Of a stretch of 64,000 nt of DNA, positions 60,583 through 64,000 are shown piece by piece. The first letter of the stretch is position 1, and each line of letters opens with the position of its first letter. Made by a program: the position numbers and the translations under genes. Origin of the DNA: an uncultured Candidatus Rokubacteria bacterium (GTDB taxonomy: Bacteria; Methylomirabilota; Methylomirabilia; Rokubacteriales; CSP1-6); assembly GCA_963771355.1 (NCBI GenBank), contig CAVYTA010000006.1:1-64000 (forward strand). The letters are read 5' to 3'. A model generated the notes under the pieces. That model had not been told where the DNA came from. It made no database searches and saw only the letters and a program-made list of their open reading frames with translations.

Positions 60583-61403
60583 CAAGAGGGCGGCATCGAT
60601 CGGCGGCGGAGCCACCCGCCAACCCAATGCGAGGCGCCGCCGGACAGAAGGCCCGCGCTTTCGTTGAACGGCCAGCGCGGCGGCTCGAACGCGAAGTCCG
60701 GCCGGCGAGCGAGAAAGCCGCGCGCCGCCTCGGCTGGGTTGTTCCAGTCCCAGTCTGCGCCGGCGCGGGGTGAATCGGCCAGCTGCTCCATGTCGCCGTC
60801 CGCCACCACGACGTAGGATCCGTCGCTCACGAGATCGGCGTAAGCGTCGAGCTCGGCGGTGACGTGCGCCTTGGTGTGATTGGAGTCGAGAAAGACCATC
60901 ACGCGGTCGCCGGGCTTGACGAGGGCGCGCACGCGTTCGACCGTCTCGCGCTCGACCGAGCTGCCTTCGACGAGCGTGATCAGGGGGGAGAGGAAGTGCG
61001 CTTCGATCGCGGCACGGTTGTGTGGCCGAATCTGGACGTCCACGCCGATGACGCGGCCGGTGCCGAGCAGACGGCAGAGTGACGCAAGAAACACGAGCGA
61101 TCCGCCGTGCGCCACACCCGTCTCGACGATCACGTCGGGCCGCACCAGCCAGATCGCCTCCTGCGCCCGGATCAGATCATCAGGGAGCTGGATGACGGGA
61201 CGGCCGAGCCAGCTGAACGTGTAATCGTACTTTGCCTCCCACGCTGTACGCACCCAAGCACGAGCGACCGCGTCGAACGCGTCCGGTGATGCGAGGGGAT
61301 GCGTGATGCGGCCGGCTCCGGAGATGATGGTGACCTGCAGCGTGTCGAAGTCCACGAGCACCTGCCGCACCCGGTTTGCCTTTCGCTCAGGGCCGGAAGT
61401 CAC
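60582..61403 (-). CDS. CmcI/cephalosporin hydroxylase family methyltransferase
   Basis: FSWLGRPVIQLP.D, IVETGVAHGGS, LDSNH. Confidence 0.9.
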   Translation of the reverse strand: MTSGPERKANRVRQVLVDFDTLQVTIISGAGRITHPLASPDAFDAVARAWVRTAWEAKYDYTFSWLGRPVIQLPDDLIRAQEAIWLVRPDVIVETGVAHGGSLVFLASLCRLLGTGRVIGVDVQIRPHNRAAIEAHFLSPLITLVEGSSVERETVERVRALVKPGDRVMVFLDSNHTKAHVTAELDAYADLVSDGSYVVVADGDMEQLADSPRAGADWDWNNPAEAARGFLARRPDFAFEPPRWPFNESAGLLSGGASHWVGGWLRRRSMPPS

Positions 61404-61917
61404 GATAGTGGCAATCCTTGTCGGAGATGGTGATGTCGGGCAGCGGCCATGTTATGGCGAACCGCGGATCGTTCCAGCGAACACCTCGTTCGGCGGCGGC
61501 CTCGTAGAATCCGGTCATATGGTAGACCACTTCGGTGTGGTCCTCGAGCGTTTGGAAGCCGTGCGCGAAACCTTCGGGGACGTAGAGCATCGCGCACGAC
61601 GACGCGCGCAGCTCGACGGCGAGCCAGCGGCAGTAGGTCGGAGAGTCGGGTCTGAGGTCGATGATCACATCGTAGATCGCGCCGCGGCCGCAGCGCACCA
61701 GTCGCGTCTGCGCATGCGGCGCCGCCTGCATGTGCAGGCCGCGAAGGGTGCCGCGCCTGCGGTTGTAGGACAGGCCGCTCTGCGCAAGCGACGCGTTCAG
61801 CCCATGCGCCGCGAATTCCCTCGCACACCACGTGCGCGTGTACGCGCCGCGATCGTCCGAGCGCGGCTCCGCTTCGACGATGAAGGCGCCGGCCAGGTCG
61901 GTGGGTGTGAAGATCAC
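61387..61917 (-). CDS. rfbC: dTDP-4-dehydrorhamnose 3,5-epimerase
   Basis: DDRG, GTLRGLH, LYVPEGFAHGFQTL, RWNDP. Confidence 0.92.
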   Translation of the reverse strand: MIFTPTDLAGAFIVEAEPRSDDRGAYTRTWCAREFAAHGLNASLAQSGLSYNRRRGTLRGLHMQAAPHAQTRLVRCGRGAIYDVIIDLRPDSPTYCRWLAVELRASSCAMLYVPEGFAHGFQTLEDHTEVVYHMTGFYEAAAERGVRWNDPRFAITWPLPDITISDKDCHYRDFRP

Positions 61918-62515
61918 GCGGCGGGCTCCAGCAGCACGACCAGGACGTCGCACCCGAGCTCGCGCAACGGCAGCTCGATCTCACCGGCATAGATCGAGTT
62001 CGCGACGAGGAGGGTCGCCACCGGTGGGCCCGCGAGCGCAGCCGGTGCCACGATCGGCTGCCCCGTTCCCGCGATGAACCGATCCTGCCTGCGTGGGTTG
62101 ATGTCCACGACGGCGCTCACGAGATCGCGTAAGGCGTCGGGATGATTGAGAAACGTGCCGCCCTGTTTCGCCGGCGCCCCAGAGGACGCACCCCCCGGTG
62201 GGGACGCATGTGCGAGGCGAGTCCGCCAAGCGTCGCGCCACCGCGGCCAGGCTCGTAGCACGTTCTCGAGGAGGTCGACGGCAGCGTCTGTCCGTGCGGC
62301 AGCCTCAGTCGGCTCGCGGTCACGGCCGTCCAGCCACATTCATCGGTCCGAAGATCCCCCGTGAAGTACGTCAGGCGATGCCGCACGTCGGCAAACGTGT
62401 CGAGCGCCGCAGCCGAGCGGGCCAAGGCGGCGACCTCGCAGCCGCTCTCGAGCAGACGTCGGGCGAGGGGAGCGCCGACGAAGCCGCCGGCTCCCGTCAC
62501 GGCCACGCGCATGAT
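61914..62515 (-). pseudogene. deletion fusion: NAD-dependent epimerase N-terminus joined to C-methyltransferase C-terminus
   Basis: MRVAVTGAGGFVG...GDL (62515-62345), then CVLWGAG / VVDINPRRQDRFIAGTG...ANSIY.GEI with frameshifts. Confidence 0.7.
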
Positions 62516-63731
62516 CACATGACACTCGGCGACGGTATCGGCACGATGAACTGCCCGCCGCGACGGCGGTATTCGGCCTGCTGCTTCATGATTTCGTCTC
62601 GGAAGTTCCACGTGAGCAGCAGGACATCGTCGGGCATCGCCTCGAGGAGGTGTTCCGGCGGATAGATCCGGACCTTCGTCCCCGGCATGTACCGGCCCTG
62701 CTTGCGTGGGTTGCGGTCCACCGCGAAGTCGAGCACGTCCTCGCCGACGCCGATGACGCTCAACAGGGTCGTGCCTTTCGCGGCGGCGCCGTACGCCGCC
62801 AGGCGTCGACCGGACGCCTTGCGCTCGCGAAGCAGGCCGGAGAGCTCGAATCGGAGAGCGTCGACGCGCGCGGCGAACGCCGCATAGGTCTCGGGATCGT
62901 GAGGACGCCATGCCGCCTCTTCTTCCATCATCGCGAACACGGCGTCATTCGGCCGTCCGCGTGCCGCAGCCGTCACCCGGATGGAGCCGCCGTGAATGCT
63001 CACCCGCTCGACGTCGATGACGCGTAGCCCATGCCGGGCCAGCAAGGCGCGGAGCGCGGTGAGCGAGTAGTAAAAGACGTGCTCGTGGTAAATGGTGTCG
63101 AATTCCAGGCGATCCAGCAGATCGCGGACGTACGGCGTCTCGATCACGAACACGCCATCGTCTTTGAGCAGGCGGACGACGCCCGTGACGACGTCATTGA
63201 TCTCTGGCACATGCGCCATCACGTTATTGGCGACGACGACGTCGGCACGAATGCCCTCGCCGACGAGCTGGTCGGCGAGGTCGCGGCCGAAGAATGCGGT
63301 GCGGGTCGGCACGCCCGCCCGTTCGGCCGCTGCGGCGGCAGCGCGCGCAGGGTCGATCCCGAGTACCGCAACTCCGGCCTGTCTGAAGTGCCGCAGCAGA
63401 TAGCCGTCGTTACTGCCGATCTCCACCACGAGTGCGTTCGCGCCGAGCGTCCGGCTCTGGAGGACGCGCTCGGCATACGCCTGCGCATGCCGAAGCATCG
63501 TGTCGGAGAAGGACGACAGGTACGCGTAGTCGGCGAAGAGCACGGCCGGATCAACGGTCTCGACCAGCTGACGAGGGCACACGCCGGACACAGGGCCACG
63601 TCCAGCGGATAGCGGGGGTCGGGAACGTCCAGCTCGCTCGCCGAACGCAGCGCGTTGGCAAGGGGGGTGGACCCGAGCGAGAGAACAACCGGCAGATCCG
63701 ACTTTCCGCATCCGCGGCACGCAACGCCCAT
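62515..63731 (-). CDS. NDP-hexose C-methyltransferase, frameshift near 63570
   Basis: CRGCG...PLAN...CPAC; EIGSNDG, FDTIYHEH, YGAAAKG, WNFRDEI. Confidence 0.92.
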
Positions 63732-64000
63732 CAAGCGGTCGTCCCGAGGAATTCACGATACCACGACAGCGCGAGCGAGAGGCCGGCGGGGTGGTCGAAC
63801 TGGGCCCGCCAGCCGAGCACCCGCTGGGCGCGAGTCGGATCCAGGTACTGGTCCGGAATCTCATGGTTGGCGTTGCCGCGAATCTCCGGGACGAGGTCGG
63901 CGCGATCGCGATCGCCAGAATCTTGGTCACGAGCTCCAGTACGCCGATAGGTTCCGCGTGGCCGAAGTTGAACGCAACCCCGGCCAGACCGCGATCGAGC
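63731..64000 (-). CDS. NAD-dependent sugar epimerase/dehydratase, C-terminal part (runs off window, with indels)
   Basis: AFNFG, HEIPDQYLD...LGW. Confidence 0.7.
   Translation of the reverse strand, partial: ARSRSGRGCVQLRPRGTYRRTGARDQDSGDRDRADLVPEIRGNANHEIPDQYLDPTRAQRVLGWRAQFDHPAGLSLALSWYREFLGTTA

Overview
GC-rich bacterial chromosomal window. Several ABC_sub_bind-type binding-protein genes, a multi-GAF histidine kinase and hpnR suggest Rokubacteria/Methylomirabilota, but this is inference only. (1) 1-11.5 kb is a decayed mobile-element hotspot. It holds an intact tyrosine integrase whose stop codon lies in a tRNA-Glu 3' fragment (att), an XRE plus HEPN-like gene pair, remnants of a large serine recombinase and a second tyrosine recombinase, and several further tRNA-3'-end scars. 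It also holds a set of tiny genes (Zn-finger proteins, membrane peptides) separated by a conserved intergenic motif of up to ~125 bp; the motif occurs six times, with one block displaced to 17 kb. (2) 12-21 kb: sulP-ppk2, MBL hydrolase, CoA-transferase, heterodimeric ABC exporter. (3) 21-28 kb: extended chromate-resistance (chrB/chrA) locus with mirror-image divergent promoters. (4) 29-35 kb: GAF kinase, an orphan Cap12-type TIR protein with an unassigned beta-rich C-terminal domain, and small cargo genes between remnants of binding-protein genes. (5) 35-49 kb: BVMO, hpnR and assorted oxidoreductases/hydrolases. (6) 49-64 kb: surface-polysaccharide genes, including a carbamoyltransferase-SxtJ-DUF5989 module and branched-sugar enzymes. 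Many otherwise intact genes carry single-base frameshifts, which may be assembly errors. All functional calls come from motif recognition by eye; no searches were run.
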